DNA of 64,000 bases from Rhodothermales bacterium (GTDB taxonomy: Bacteria > Bacteroidota > Rhodothermia > Rhodothermales > UBA10348). Where the stretch lies: the NCBI GenBank assembly GCA_024711125.1, contig JANJTM010000077.1, positions 3,836 to 67,835 on the forward strand. Reading direction: 5' to 3'. The position numbers and the translations under genes were made by a program. Below the pieces are notes generated by a model, which saw only the letters and a list, made by a program, of their open reading frames with translations, was not told the origin of the DNA and searched no databases. Below, in pieces: positions 7,003-16,623 of this stretch (positions are counted from its first letter, which is position 1; each line of letters begins with the position of its first letter).

Positions 7003-9381
7003 TCATCGTACCGGGTGCACCAGCACCGAGACGGTCGAACTTGCGATCACCCGACCCTGCGCATCGATTCCCCGCGCCTCGATGCGGTGCCGCCCCGGAC
7101 TGAGCCGCCACGACGCGCCGTCGAACGGGCCCTCGAGGCGGACGCCGTCGACGAGCCAGTGCAGGTCGAACAGGCTCCCGGGCACGGCCGCCCGCAGCGG
7201 CATGCGCTGGAATTCGGGGCGCAGGACCGGGTCCATCTGCAGGACCGTTCCGTCCTCGGGCAGCAGGATGCGGAAATCCGGGTGGCGCTCGACGCCGCCG
7301 CCGGGAGCGGCGACCGGGCGGGCCGGGGGCGGAAGCGCGATGCCGTTCGCCGCACTCCACGCCCGGAATTCGTCGGGATGCACGGTGAATCGCCGCAGTT
7401 CGACGTCCTCGGGGCGGCTCGTCGCGTCGGCGAGGAATCCCGACACCCGGTCCACGGCCAGTTCGCGGTGCACGTCGCACGCGGCGACCGGGGGCATGCC
7501 CGCGAGGAACAGCTCGGTGACGCGGCCGGGGCAGAAAGCGCCGGGCCGCGCGCCGCTCTGCGCACAGACTTCGGTGCGCACGAGACCCTGCGGCTCGGCG
7601 AATGGGCCCCCGGGGCCGATCCACTCGAGGATCGAGCGCATGAGCGTTCCCGCCCCGGTGACGCCGGTGACGTCGCGCATGGGGGCCCCGTCGAAGTTGC
7701 CGGCCCAGACGGCCACGACGACCCGCGGCGTGAATGCTACCGCCCAGTTGTCCCGGTAGTCCTTCGACGTGCCCGTCTTGGCGGCGGCGGGGAAGGGCAA
7801 CTCGAGCGGTCCGCCGCGGCCGAACCCGGGGGCACGGGCCTCGGGATCGGAGAGGATGTCGGTCACGAGGAACGCTTCGGCGGGTCCGATGCCGGTCGGG
7901 GTCGCGGGCGCAACGAGGGTGCGCACGGTATCGGACGTCGAAAGGCGTTCCCACAGGACGTCGGTCACGGGGGGCAGGGAGCCGCCCCGGGCAAGCGCGG
8001 CATAGGCGCGGGCGAGTTCGATCAGGCGAACCTCCCCGTTGCCGAGCACCAGGCCGAGACCGTACTCCGACGCCGGGCGATCGAGCGAAGCGAACCCGAA
8101 GGCGTGCAGGCGATCGAGTACCCGCTCGACGCCCAGCGTGCGCGCCAGGCGTACGGCGGGCACGTTGTAGCTCGACGCCAGCGCCCGCCGTGCCGGAACC
8201 GGCCCGTGAAACCTCCGATCGTAGTTCTCGACCGAGAAGGCCGCGCCCGCCTCGAGGATCGGGGTTTCGATGTCGGCGAGGATCGAGGAGGGCGCGATCG
8301 CCCGGCGCGCGAAGCCCTCGGCGTAGACGAAGGGCTTGAGCGCCGAGCCCGGCTGGCGGCGCATGAGCACGCCGTCGTTCGCGCCGCGGCGTGCCGCGTC
8401 GGTGAAATCGGCGCTTCCGAGCCACGCGAGGACGTCGCCGGTCGCGACGTCGAGCACCACGGCCGCGACCTGGCCGACTCCGCGATCGGCGTAGGCTGAC
8501 GCGTGCCCTCTCGCCAACGCCTCGACTGACGACTGCAGCGCGAGGTCCAGCGTCGTGCGCACCTCGACGCTGCCCCGGGCCGACGCGGCGCGCGCCCGGG
8601 CCAGCGCGAGGTGGATCGCGTGGAGCGGAACGGGCTCGGGTTCCACGAAATCGAGCGCCACCGTCGCCGCTGCCCGCGCGTCCTCTGCCGACAGCAGGCC
8701 CGATTCGACCATCGCGGCGAGGACGACCGCCCGCCTCCGGTCGGTCGCTTCGCCGTCGGGTTCGCGGCCGTACGCCCCCGGCGACTGCGGAAGGCCCGCG
8801 AGAAACGCCGCCTCGGCCACGGTGAGGTCCCGGGGCGATTTACCGAACCAGGCGCGCGCCCCGGCGTCGATCCCGTAGGCGCCCCTTCCGAACCAGGCCC
8901 GCGCCAGCCACTCCTCGAGAACCGCCGGACGTCCGTACCACGAGGTCAGGCGCAGGGCGGTCCAGGCGTCGACCAGCTTCCACGGCCAGGACCGGCCGCG
9001 CCCTCCGCGTCGCATGCGGGAGACCTGCATGGCGAGGGTCGACGCGCCGCTCACGATGCGCCCCGAGCGAACGTTCGTCAGCGCCGCCCTCGCGATCGCC
9101 ACCGCGTCGACGCCCGGATGCCACGGAAACCGCCGGTCTTCCACCGCCACGACGGCCGCCAGCACGGCGGGCGGCACGTCCGACAGCCGCACGGGGCGCC
9201 CGATGCCCTCGGGCCGGTATTCGTAGAGCAGCCGGCCGGCGCGATCGGTGACGCGCACCGAGGAGGGCACGTCCGAGGGGTCGAACCGTGCCGGCGGCCA
9301 GGCGGCTGCCAGGGCAAGCGCCAGGGCGGCGATCCAGGCGAGGGGGTGCCTCACCGGCGAGCGGCCCGAACGCTTCGTCAC
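7003..9381 (-). CDS. pbpC: penicillin-binding protein 1C (bifunctional transglycosylase/transpeptidase)
   Basis: 792 aa. GT51 motifs EDRRF and GASTLAMQ. Transpeptidase motifs SALKPF (SxxK), SSYN and KTGTS. C-terminal PBP1C-type beta domain. GTG start overlaps the upstream GATase stop (GTGA). Confidence 0.9.
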   Translation of the reverse strand: MTKRSGRSPVRHPLAWIAALALALAAAWPPARFDPSDVPSSVRVTDRAGRLLYEYRPEGIGRPVRLSDVPPAVLAAVVAVEDRRFPWHPGVDAVAIARAALTNVRSGRIVSGASTLAMQVSRMRRGGRGRSWPWKLVDAWTALRLTSWYGRPAVLEEWLARAWFGRGAYGIDAGARAWFGKSPRDLTVAEAAFLAGLPQSPGAYGREPDGEATDRRRAVVLAAMVESGLLSAEDARAAATVALDFVEPEPVPLHAIHLALARARAASARGSVEVRTTLDLALQSSVEALARGHASAYADRGVGQVAAVVLDVATGDVLAWLGSADFTDAARRGANDGVLMRRQPGSALKPFVYAEGFARRAIAPSSILADIETPILEAGAAFSVENYDRRFHGPVPARRALASSYNVPAVRLARTLGVERVLDRLHAFGFASLDRPASEYGLGLVLGNGEVRLIELARAYAALARGGSLPPVTDVLWERLSTSDTVRTLVAPATPTGIGPAEAFLVTDILSDPEARAPGFGRGGPLELPFPAAAKTGTSKDYRDNWAVAFTPRVVVAVWAGNFDGAPMRDVTGVTGAGTLMRSILEWIGPGGPFAEPQGLVRTEVCAQSGARPGAFCPGRVTELFLAGMPPVAACDVHRELAVDRVSGFLADATSRPEDVELRRFTVHPDEFRAWSAANGIALPPPARPVAAPGGGVERHPDFRILLPEDGTVLQMDPVLRPEFQRMPLRAAVPGSLFDLHWLVDGVRLEGPFDGASWRLSPGRHRIEARGIDAQGRVIASSTVSVLVHPVR

Positions 9382-10319
9382 GTCCCCTGTCGCGAGCGGC
9401 TACGGTCCGCAACCGCGGGGTACGAGGCCGCGCCCACCTCAGGCAGCGTCGCCGCGCCCACCTCCGGCAGCGTCGCCGCCACCGCCTCGGGCCGCAGCAC
9501 CGCCACCGCCTGCCGCAGGAAACGCGGGACGACCGTGTCGTGGGTCACCTTGAGGTAATCCGGGTCCTCGAGACGCTCGAGGATCTGCTCGTACTTCGCG
9601 AGCCCGACCTTGCGGATCACGCCGTCGCGACGCTGATCGCTGCGGAAATGCCGGCTCATGCCCGGCGGGTCGGCTTCGGGGTGGAACTGGGTGCCGACGA
9701 GGTGTGGGCTGATGCGCACGGCCATCAGCGCGCGTTCGAGGGGGATGTGCGGCCGCGCCTTTTCGATCGCCAGCACCGAGGCGCCCATGGAACGCAGCGC
9801 GTCGACGCGGGGCTGCACGACCTGCCAGGACCGGAAGTCGGCCCCGTAGAACGGGTCGGGGAGTCCACGCAGGAGCACGTCGGCCTTGCCGGCCTTCGTC
9901 GGATGCACGGGAACGATGCCGAACGACGGGCTGCGGCGAGGCACGACCGACGCGAATCCGAAGAAGCGCGCCATCATCTGGAAGGAGTGGCAGATGAAGA
10001 GCACGAACTTCGGTGAGCCGTGCCCGCGCTCGTTGTGCGCGACCACCGAGTCGAGCCAGTCGAAATACCGCTTCTCCCAGGCCTTGCCCTCTCCGTCGAA
10101 GGGGCTGCCTGGGCCCCCGGAAGAGAGGTAGACGTCGTAGTCCAGCCCGGGCGCCTCGGCCTTGTACCGGGTCTCGTGCGTATCGAACGTGAGCGGAACC
10201 CCGAAGAACGATCCGTCGGCGGCCGTCAGCAGCTCGCACAGCGCCCGCATGCCCTCGTTGGGCTCGTTGTCGTACAGGTCCAGGATCGTCGCGCGGACGG
10301 GGGAAATCGCAGGCTGCAT
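9378..10319 (-). CDS. class-I glutamine amidotransferase-like protein
   Basis: 313 aa. Nucleophile elbow FICHSFQ and His-Glu pair in GTQFHPE. The C-terminus carries an 8-aa tandem repeat (ATLPEVGA). Confidence 0.8.
   Translation of the reverse strand: MQPAISPVRATILDLYDNEPNEGMRALCELLTAADGSFFGVPLTFDTHETRYKAEAPGLDYDVYLSSGGPGSPFDGEGKAWEKRYFDWLDSVVAHNERGHGSPKFVLFICHSFQMMARFFGFASVVPRRSPSFGIVPVHPTKAGKADVLLRGLPDPFYGADFRSWQVVQPRVDALRSMGASVLAIEKARPHIPLERALMAVRISPHLVGTQFHPEADPPGMSRHFRSDQRRDGVIRKVGLAKYEQILERLEDPDYLKVTHDTVVPRFLRQAVAVLRPEAVAATLPEVGAATLPEVGAASYPAVADRSRSRQGT
9427..9498. repeat. 24-bp tandem repeat (2 near-perfect copies plus 1 degenerate) inside the GATase 3-prime end
   Basis: GCCGCGCCCACCTC[A/C]GGCAGCGTC at 9427-9450 and 9451-9474, with a degenerate copy at 9475-9498. 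It is in frame and encodes the repeated ATLPEVGA. Confidence 0.85.
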
Positions 10320-10356
10320 GCCGTCGTGGGCCGGGGCCCGAAAGCGCCTTCGCGCG

Positions 10357-11715
10357 TCAGATGTTGCGCAGGATGAACATCGGGAGCGTACCGCCGCCGG
10401 CGGTCACATTGGCGAGGTTGGTCGCCGAGATGCGGGTGAGGCAGCCTCCGAGCAGCGGACCGTTCAGGTAGGGGTCGAGGTCGATGACCGAGGGCACGTT
10501 CTTCCATCCGCCCGCCGTCTTGACGAGGAACGGCTCGCGGTGGATCTCGACGGTTTCCTGTACGACGAAATGGCCCTGAAGGCCCCGTTCGATGGCCGTT
10601 TCCCACTCGGCGAGCGTGGACTGGAACCCGAGCGTGACGCCCGAGCCGCCGTACTCGTCGTTGGGCTTGATGACGAAATACTGCCGGTTGGCCGCGATGA
10701 AGTTCAACAGGTCGATCGTGAGCCCGCGGAACGTGGTCTTCTGGTGGCGCAGCGTGCGGGTCCACGGGATGTGCCGCGCGACGGCATGCTGCTGCTCGGG
10801 CGTCAGCACCGACGTGTACTTCGGGTCGGTCAGGAAGGTGAAGATGGCCTTCTTGTGGACGAGTTTCGAGCGGAAGGTGTTGAGGTACACCGTCTTGCCC
10901 GCCTTGTACCCTTCGAGGAACGCCGGGCACTGGTCGGCGATCTCGCGGTACTCGTTCATCAGCAGGCGGCGGTAGAGAATGTCGATCTTCCGACCGTTCG
11001 CGTACACCCAGCCGTCCTTCACCTCGAGGGCGCGCGGGTCGACCACCTCGCACGCGTATCCCATGCGCTCCAGGTACGCGCGCACGAGTTCGAATTCGTG
11101 GATGGTGGGCACGTCGAGCCGGTCCACGATGGCGAACGCCGGTTTCTCGTGCGGACCGTCGAACTCCTCGTGGTAGACCCGCAGCAGGCCCGCGACGGTG
11201 TGCTCCAGCGGCGAAACGAAACGCACCGGGTGCTTCTGCGTGAACCACTGGAACACCGGCAGCTCGCGGTAGATCTTCGCCAGTTCGGTCACGTAGGCGA
11301 TGCCGGCGGGCGACTCGCCGTTGATCTCGACGAACTTGAACGAATCCTCGGTCATGAACGAGTCCATGCGCGAGGTCGCCGACATGCGGATCACCGGCGT
11401 CTCGATGTCGGCCAGCTCCAGCTCCCACTCCTCCATGCCCAGTTCGTCGCGCAGCAGCTGCCGGTCGTGGAAGTGCGCGGCGGCGATGCGCAGCACGGCC
11501 TGCCGGATCAGGTAGACCGTGTCCTGCACCGCCGTGTACATCGACTCCTCGAGGAACGTCGGACGCAGACTGTGCGCCATCGGACGGTCGCCGAAGAGCA
11601 CGCGGCGGTCGCGCTGCATGCCGTACAGCATCTCGAGTTGCTGCTCGGCGCTCGTCAGGTTCTGTTCGATCAGCCGGTGGTACTGCCGGATCGCGGCTTC
11701 GATCTGGTGGCGCAT
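10357..11715 (-). CDS. ATP-grasp-superfamily amidoligase, glutathionylspermidine-synthase-like / circularly permuted type
   Basis: 452 aa. Motifs FKFVEINGESPAG, FVIKPNDEYGGSGV and IDLDPY...RIS resemble the permuted ATP-grasp/GSP-synthase-like ligases. The subfamily assignment is from memory. Confidence 0.6.
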   Translation of the reverse strand: MRHQIEAAIRQYHRLIEQNLTSAEQQLEMLYGMQRDRRVLFGDRPMAHSLRPTFLEESMYTAVQDTVYLIRQAVLRIAAAHFHDRQLLRDELGMEEWELELADIETPVIRMSATSRMDSFMTEDSFKFVEINGESPAGIAYVTELAKIYRELPVFQWFTQKHPVRFVSPLEHTVAGLLRVYHEEFDGPHEKPAFAIVDRLDVPTIHEFELVRAYLERMGYACEVVDPRALEVKDGWVYANGRKIDILYRRLLMNEYREIADQCPAFLEGYKAGKTVYLNTFRSKLVHKKAIFTFLTDPKYTSVLTPEQQHAVARHIPWTRTLRHQKTTFRGLTIDLLNFIAANRQYFVIKPNDEYGGSGVTLGFQSTLAEWETAIERGLQGHFVVQETVEIHREPFLVKTAGGWKNVPSVIDLDPYLNGPLLGGCLTRISATNLANVTAGGGTLPMFILRNI

Positions 11716-11812
11716 GGGGGTGCGGAGGTTCGGGTCGGCGGCTACATGAACGTGCCCGGCCTGGGCAGGAGCCGGGCACGCGGTCGGGGTCCGTCGGTCC
11801 CCGCGGCCGAAG

Positions 11813-12829
11813 TTACCGCCCGGCGGGCTGCAACGCGCCCCCCGTCGTGAACCCTTCGGCGCGCTTCGGCTCGAGGGCCTTCTCGACGAGGAACGAGGCC
11901 ATCGTGCGCACGATCCAGTCGAAATTGTCGTGCCCGACCGAGTGGTAGTCGGCGTCCGGGGCCGGGTTCATGAAGTCGATGGCATACGGCACGCCGTCCC
12001 GCACGGCGAGTTCGACCGTGTTGAGGTCATATCCGAGCGCGTTGCAGATCGCCAGCACGTCGCGTTCCAGCTTGGCCAGGCGATCGGGCGCGATCGGCGC
12101 CTCGGGCACGGCCTTGTAGCGCAGGTGCGGCTCGGCGGTCGGATTGTACTTCATGATGTGCACGTGCCGGCGTCCGACCCCGTAGCACCGGTAGTACTCG
12201 GTGAACTCGATGCCTTCCTGCAGCATCATGCAGTCCGTTCCCGACTCGTCGTACGCGCGGAAGACATCCTCCGGGCTCTCGCACCGCGTGACGCCCCGCC
12301 ATCCGCCGCCGTCGTGAGGCTTGAGGAAGCAGGGGAAGCCCACGTAGGCGAACACGTCGTCCCACTTCAGCGGGTACTCGAGGTTGCGGAAGCTCGTGGC
12401 CTGCGTGCGCGGCGGGTGGTCCTTGTGCGGAAGGATGACCGACTTCGGGCACGCGACGCCCGCGCGCTCGGCGATGACGTTGTCGATGAACTTGTCGTCG
12501 GCACTCCACCAGAACGGGTTGTTCACGACGTAGGCGCCCTGGAGCGCGGCCCACTTCAGCCACGAGCGGTAGAACGGCACCTCGTGCGAGATGCGGTCGA
12601 GGATCACGTCGTACGGGCACTCGCCGTCCATGCGCACCGCGCCGACGGTGACGAACTCGGCCGTCACGCGGTCGCCGTACGTCCCGTTGATGTACGGAAT
12701 GAGCGCGTCCGGAAAGGTGGTCTCCATGCCGCGCAGCACGCCGATGCGGGGCAGGCGGGCGGGGGCGGCGGCCGTCTTCGGCGAGGCGGCGGGCTTCGTG
12801 GTCTTGCGGGGGGCGGGGGTCTTGGCCAT
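11813..12829 (-). CDS. ATP-grasp domain protein (RimK/synapsin-like ligase)
   Basis: Track ORF 11813-13429 trimmed to MAKTPAPRKTTKPAASPK... (ATG 12827-12829). ATP-grasp motifs CFLKPHDGGGWRGV and ELAVRDGVPYAIDFMNPAPD. Confidence 0.75.
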   Translation of the reverse strand: MAKTPAPRKTTKPAASPKTAAAPARLPRIGVLRGMETTFPDALIPYINGTYGDRVTAEFVTVGAVRMDGECPYDVILDRISHEVPFYRSWLKWAALQGAYVVNNPFWWSADDKFIDNVIAERAGVACPKSVILPHKDHPPRTQATSFRNLEYPLKWDDVFAYVGFPCFLKPHDGGGWRGVTRCESPEDVFRAYDESGTDCMMLQEGIEFTEYYRCYGVGRRHVHIMKYNPTAEPHLRYKAVPEAPIAPDRLAKLERDVLAICNALGYDLNTVELAVRDGVPYAIDFMNPAPDADYHSVGHDNFDWIVRTMASFLVEKALEPKRAEGFTTGGALQPAGR

Positions 12830-12840
12830 GGGTCTGGGGA

Positions 12841-13551
12841 TCAGGCGATGTGGCGGCGCACCTGGTCGCGCCACCAGGGCCAGTCGTGGCCGAATCCGGG
12901 CACGACGTCGAGGGTGTGCGGAATGCCCTTGGCGTGCAGGATTCCGCTCATCGAGAAATTGGCTTCGCGGCAGGGGTCGCCCTCGCCGGTCGTCAGCACG
13001 ATCCGGTTCGCGCGGATGGCTTCGAGCGTGTCGTGGTCGCTCAGACCCGGAAGGAAGTCCACCGGGTTGTTGAAGTAGACGTCCGGGTTGTAGAACCCGT
13101 TCATGAACGACTTGATATCGTAGGCGCCCGACATCGCGATGAGCTTGCCGAACGAGCGGGGGTGCTTGAAGACGAAGTTCGCGGCGTGGTAGGCACCGAA
13201 CGACGCCCCGGCCGCGATGACGAACGACGAGCCCGAGCGCGAGCGCACGAACGGCAGGACCTCGTTCATGACGTACGCCTCGTACTGCCGGTAGCGCACG
13301 ATGCGCACGTACGGGTCCACGTTCTTGTTGTAGAAGCTTTCGGCGTCGACCGAATCGACGCAGAAGAGCATGTTGTGGCCGTGCTCGAGCTGATGCGCGA
13401 GCGACTGCGCCATCTTGAAGTCCTCCCACTCGAAGTAGCGTCCCATCGACGAGGGGAACGCGAGTATGGGCGTGCCGGCGTGGCCGAACACGAGCATTTC
13501 CATCGGCCGTCCGAGACTCGGACTGTGCCAGCTCAGGTATTCACGGTGCAT
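12841..13551 (-). CDS. esterase-family serine hydrolase (esterase D / putative esterase type)
   Basis: 236 aa. Nucleophile elbow AAGASFGAYHA (GxSxG). First gene of the minus-strand operon running 13551 to 7003. Confidence 0.75.
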   Translation of the reverse strand: MHREYLSWHSPSLGRPMEMLVFGHAGTPILAFPSSMGRYFEWEDFKMAQSLAHQLEHGHNMLFCVDSVDAESFYNKNVDPYVRIVRYRQYEAYVMNEVLPFVRSRSGSSFVIAAGASFGAYHAANFVFKHPRSFGKLIAMSGAYDIKSFMNGFYNPDVYFNNPVDFLPGLSDHDTLEAIRANRIVLTTGEGDPCREANFSMSGILHAKGIPHTLDVVPGFGHDWPWWRDQVRRHIA

Positions 13552-13607
13552 CGGGAGCGTCTGCCTCAGGGCGCGGAAGCGTCAAACAGGATGGAACGCC
13601 GCCCGGA

Positions 13608-14432
13608 TCACGCGGGTCCCGTGCGCCCCCGGAAGCGGTCCATGGAGCCGCTCATTCCGAAAAAGTCCATCAGGGAGTCGAATACCCGCATCGGGATGAG
13701 GCGCAACGGGAAGCCCACGTAGACGAACCACGGGAGCAGCACGCGGCTGTACCCGCGCTCGACCGCGTTCACCGTGCGCCGCACGACCTTCTCCGGGTCC
13801 AGGATCGGTAGCAGCCACGAGAACCGGGTCGTGACGCCGTCGAACATGCCGGTCGAGACGTAGAGCGGGCAGACGACCGTCGTCCGGATGGGGTGGCCAA
13901 GGCGCTTCATCTCGATGCGCAGCGATTCGTCGAAGCCGACGGCCGCGAACTTGGACGAGCAGTAGTCGGTGAGGCGCGCGGTTCCCACGAGGCCCCCGGC
14001 CGACGCGATCGTCACCACGTGGCCGCCGCCCCGCGCGATCATCGCCGGCAGGAAGGCCTTCGTCGTGCGGAAGAGCGCCAGGGTGTTCACCTCGAACGTG
14101 CGTGCGATTTCACGGTCGGTCAGCTCGGTGAGCGGTTTGCCCGACACGATGCCCGCATTGTTGACGAGCACGTCCACCGGACCCGACTCGGTCAGCACCG
14201 CGGAGGCCGCGCGCTCGATCGCGGCGGGGTCGGTCAGGTCCACGCGGTCGGCGCGTACGTCGATGCCCGACGCGGCCAGTTCGGCCGCCGCCTGGTCGAG
14301 CAGGGGGCCGTCCACGTCCCAGAGTACGAGCCGGGCGCCCTTCCGCCCGAACGCACGGGCCATGCCGAGGCCGAGGCCGCGGGCCGCGCCGGTGATCAGG
14401 ACCCGTCGGCCCCGGAGTTCGTGCCGTGCCAT
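13608..14432 (-). CDS. SDR-family oxidoreductase
   Basis: Trimmed to MARHELRGRRVLITGAARGLGLG (TGxxxGxG). Catalytic YCSSK (YxxxK). Confidence 0.85.
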   Translation of the reverse strand: MARHELRGRRVLITGAARGLGLGMARAFGRKGARLVLWDVDGPLLDQAAAELAASGIDVRADRVDLTDPAAIERAASAVLTESGPVDVLVNNAGIVSGKPLTELTDREIARTFEVNTLALFRTTKAFLPAMIARGGGHVVTIASAGGLVGTARLTDYCSSKFAAVGFDESLRIEMKRLGHPIRTTVVCPLYVSTGMFDGVTTRFSWLLPILDPEKVVRRTVNAVERGYSRVLLPWFVYVGFPLRLIPMRVFDSLMDFFGMSGSMDRFRGRTGPA

Positions 14433-14504
14433 GTCGTTGGTCGCTGGTGCACGGTGCACGATAGTCCACGCCGCACGGCCGTGCCAGTGCCCGACGGGCC
14501 CTGC

Positions 14505-14534
14505 TTGACCGCGGGCGGCCGGTTCTCCTATTCT
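14505..14534 (+). promoter_or_regulatory. sigma70-like promoter candidate for acs
   Basis: TTGACC (14505-14510), an 18-nt spacer, then TATTCT (14529-14534), 33 nt upstream of the acs ATG. Confidence 0.35.
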
Positions 14535-14566
14535 CCACGAAGCGCTTCCGCCCAACCCCGCGTGCC

Positions 14567-16531
14567 ATGAACGACTCGACGATCCAGGAATCGGGACCGG
14601 TGTATCCCGCCCCGGCCACTTTCCGCCGCAGGGCGCATATCCGCTCGATGGAGGAGTACGAGGCGATGTACGCGCGCTCGATCGAGGACCCCGAGGGGTT
14701 CTGGCACGAGCAGGCCCAGCGCATCGACTGGATGAAGCCGTTCACGCGCGTCAAGGACGTGTCGTTCGCGAAGGACGACGTGCACATCCGCTGGTATCTC
14801 GGCGGGCGCACGAACGCGGCCTGGAACTGTCTCGACCGGCACCTCGCGACCCGGGGCGACCGCACGGCGCTCATCTTCGAGCCCGACGACCCGGGCGAGG
14901 ACCCGCGGGACATCACGTACCGCGACCTGCATCGCGAGACGTGCCGGTTCGCGAACGTGCTCAAGGAACGCGGGGTGTGCAAGGGCGACCGGGTCACGAT
15001 CTACATGCCGATGATCCCGGAGGCGGTCGCCGCCATGCTCGCCTGCGCGCGCATCGGGGCGGTGCATTCGGTCGTCTTCGCCGGGTTTTCCCCCGATTCG
15101 CTGGCCGACCGCATCCTCGACTGCCGGTCCGAGGTCGTCATCACGGCCGACGAGGCGGTGCGCGGAGGACGCTCGGTGCACCTCAAGCAGTCGACCGACA
15201 AGGCGCTCGAACGCTGCCCCGACGTGCACACGGTCATCGTCGTGCGCCGCACGGGACAGCTCGTTCCGTGGACGGAAGGGCGGGACGTGTGGTACCACGA
15301 GGCCTCCGCCGCCGTGCCCGACGAGTGCCCGTGCGAGCCGATGGACGCCGAGGACCCGCTCTTCATTCTCTACACGTCGGGTTCGACGGGCAAACCCAAG
15401 GGGCTGCTGCACACGACGGGCGGATACCTCGTCTACGTCTCGCTGACGCACGAGTGGGTCTTCGACTACCACGACGGCGACGTGTACTGGTGCACGGCCG
15501 ACATCGGGTGGGTGACGGGGCACTCGTACATCGTGTACGGTCCGCTCGCCAACGGGGCGACGCAGGTGCTCTTCGAGGGCATTCCGCACTATCCCGACGC
15601 GGGCCGGTTCTGGGAAGTCGTCGACGCGCACGGCGTCAACCAGTTCTACACGGCGCCTACGGCCATCCGCGCGCTGATGCGGCAGGGGGAGACGTACGTG
15701 CGCAAGGCCTCGCGGCACTCGCTGCGTCTCCTCGGCACGGTCGGCGAACCCATCAACCCCGAGGCCTGGCGCTGGTACCACGACGTGGTGGGCGATTCGC
15801 GCTGCCCGATCGTGGACACGTGGTGGCAGACCGAGACGGGTGGCATCCTGATCACGCCGCTCCCGGCGGCGGTTCCGCAGAAACCGGGCAGCGCCACGGT
15901 GCCCTTCTTCGGCATCCGCCCCGAACTGCTGGACGGACAGGGCGCGGTGCTGGAAGGGCCGGCCTCAGGCGTGCTTGCCATCTCGGAGTCGTGGCCCGGC
16001 CAGGCCCGCACGATCTACGGCGACCACGAGCGGTTCGTCGCGACGTATTTCTCGGCGTTCCCGGGCAGGTACTTCACCGGCGACGGCTGCCGGCGCGACG
16101 AGGACGGGTACTGGTGGATCACGGGGCGCGTCGACGACGTGATCAACGTGTCGGGCCACCGGCTCGGAACGGCCGAGGTGGAGAGCGCGCTCGTCGGTTA
16201 CCAGGACGTGGCCGAGGCGGCGGTCGTGGGTTTTCCGCACGAGATCAAGGGCCAGGGCATCTACTGCTACGTCACGCTCAAGGACGGCGTCGAAGCCACC
16301 GACCACGTGCGACGCATGCTGATCCACGCGGTGCGCGAGGGCATCGGGCCCATCGCGACACCCGACTTCATCCAGTTCACGCCCGCGCTGCCCAAGACGA
16401 GGTCGGGCAAGATCATGCGGAGGATCCTGCGGAGGATCGCGGCCAACGATTTCGCCGAGCTGGGCGACATCTCGACGCTCGCCGATCCGGCCGTGGTGGA
16501 ATCGCTGATCGAAGGGCGGCGGAACCGCTGA
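14567..16531 (+). CDS. acs: acetyl-CoA synthetase (AMP-forming)
   Basis: 654 aa. Full-length Acs pattern with the AMP-binding motif [11 protein letters not shown] and the C-terminal [10 protein letters not shown] containing the conserved catalytic Lys. Confidence 0.95.
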   Translation: MNDSTIQESGPVYPAPATFRRRAHIRSMEEYEAMYARSIEDPEGFWHEQAQRIDWMKPFTRVKDVSFAKDDVHIRWYLGGRTNAAWNCLDRHLATRGDRTALIFEPDDPGEDPRDITYRDLHRETCRFANVLKERGVCKGDRVTIYMPMIPEAVAAMLACARIGAVHSVVFAGFSPDSLADRILDCRSEVVITADEAVRGGRSVHLKQSTDKALERCPDVHTVIVVRRTGQLVPWTEGRDVWYHEASAAVPDECPCEPMDAEDPLFILYTSGSTGKPKGLLHTTGGYLVYVSLTHEWVFDYHDGDVYWCTADIGWVTGHSYIVYGPLANGATQVLFEGIPHYPDAGRFWEVVDAHGVNQFYTAPTAIRALMRQGETYVRKASRHSLRLLGTVGEPINPEAWRWYHDVVGDSRCPIVDTWWQTETGGILITPLPAAVPQKPGSATVPFFGIRPELLDGQGAVLEGPASGVLAISESWPGQARTIYGDHERFVATYFSAFPGRYFTGDGCRRDEDGYWWITGRVDDVINVSGHRLGTAEVESALVGYQDVAEAAVVGFPHEIKGQGIYCYVTLKDGVEATDHVRRMLIHAVREGIGPIATPDFIQFTPALPKTRSGKIMRRILRRIAANDFAELGDISTLADPAVVESLIEGRRNR

Positions 16532-16623
16532 AGTCGAACGCGCCTTTTGCGCCGATTTTCACGCGGCGGAATTTCGCTCACGGCTACATTTCGCCCGAAC
16601 CCTCAGATTACCCGGTATTCGGC

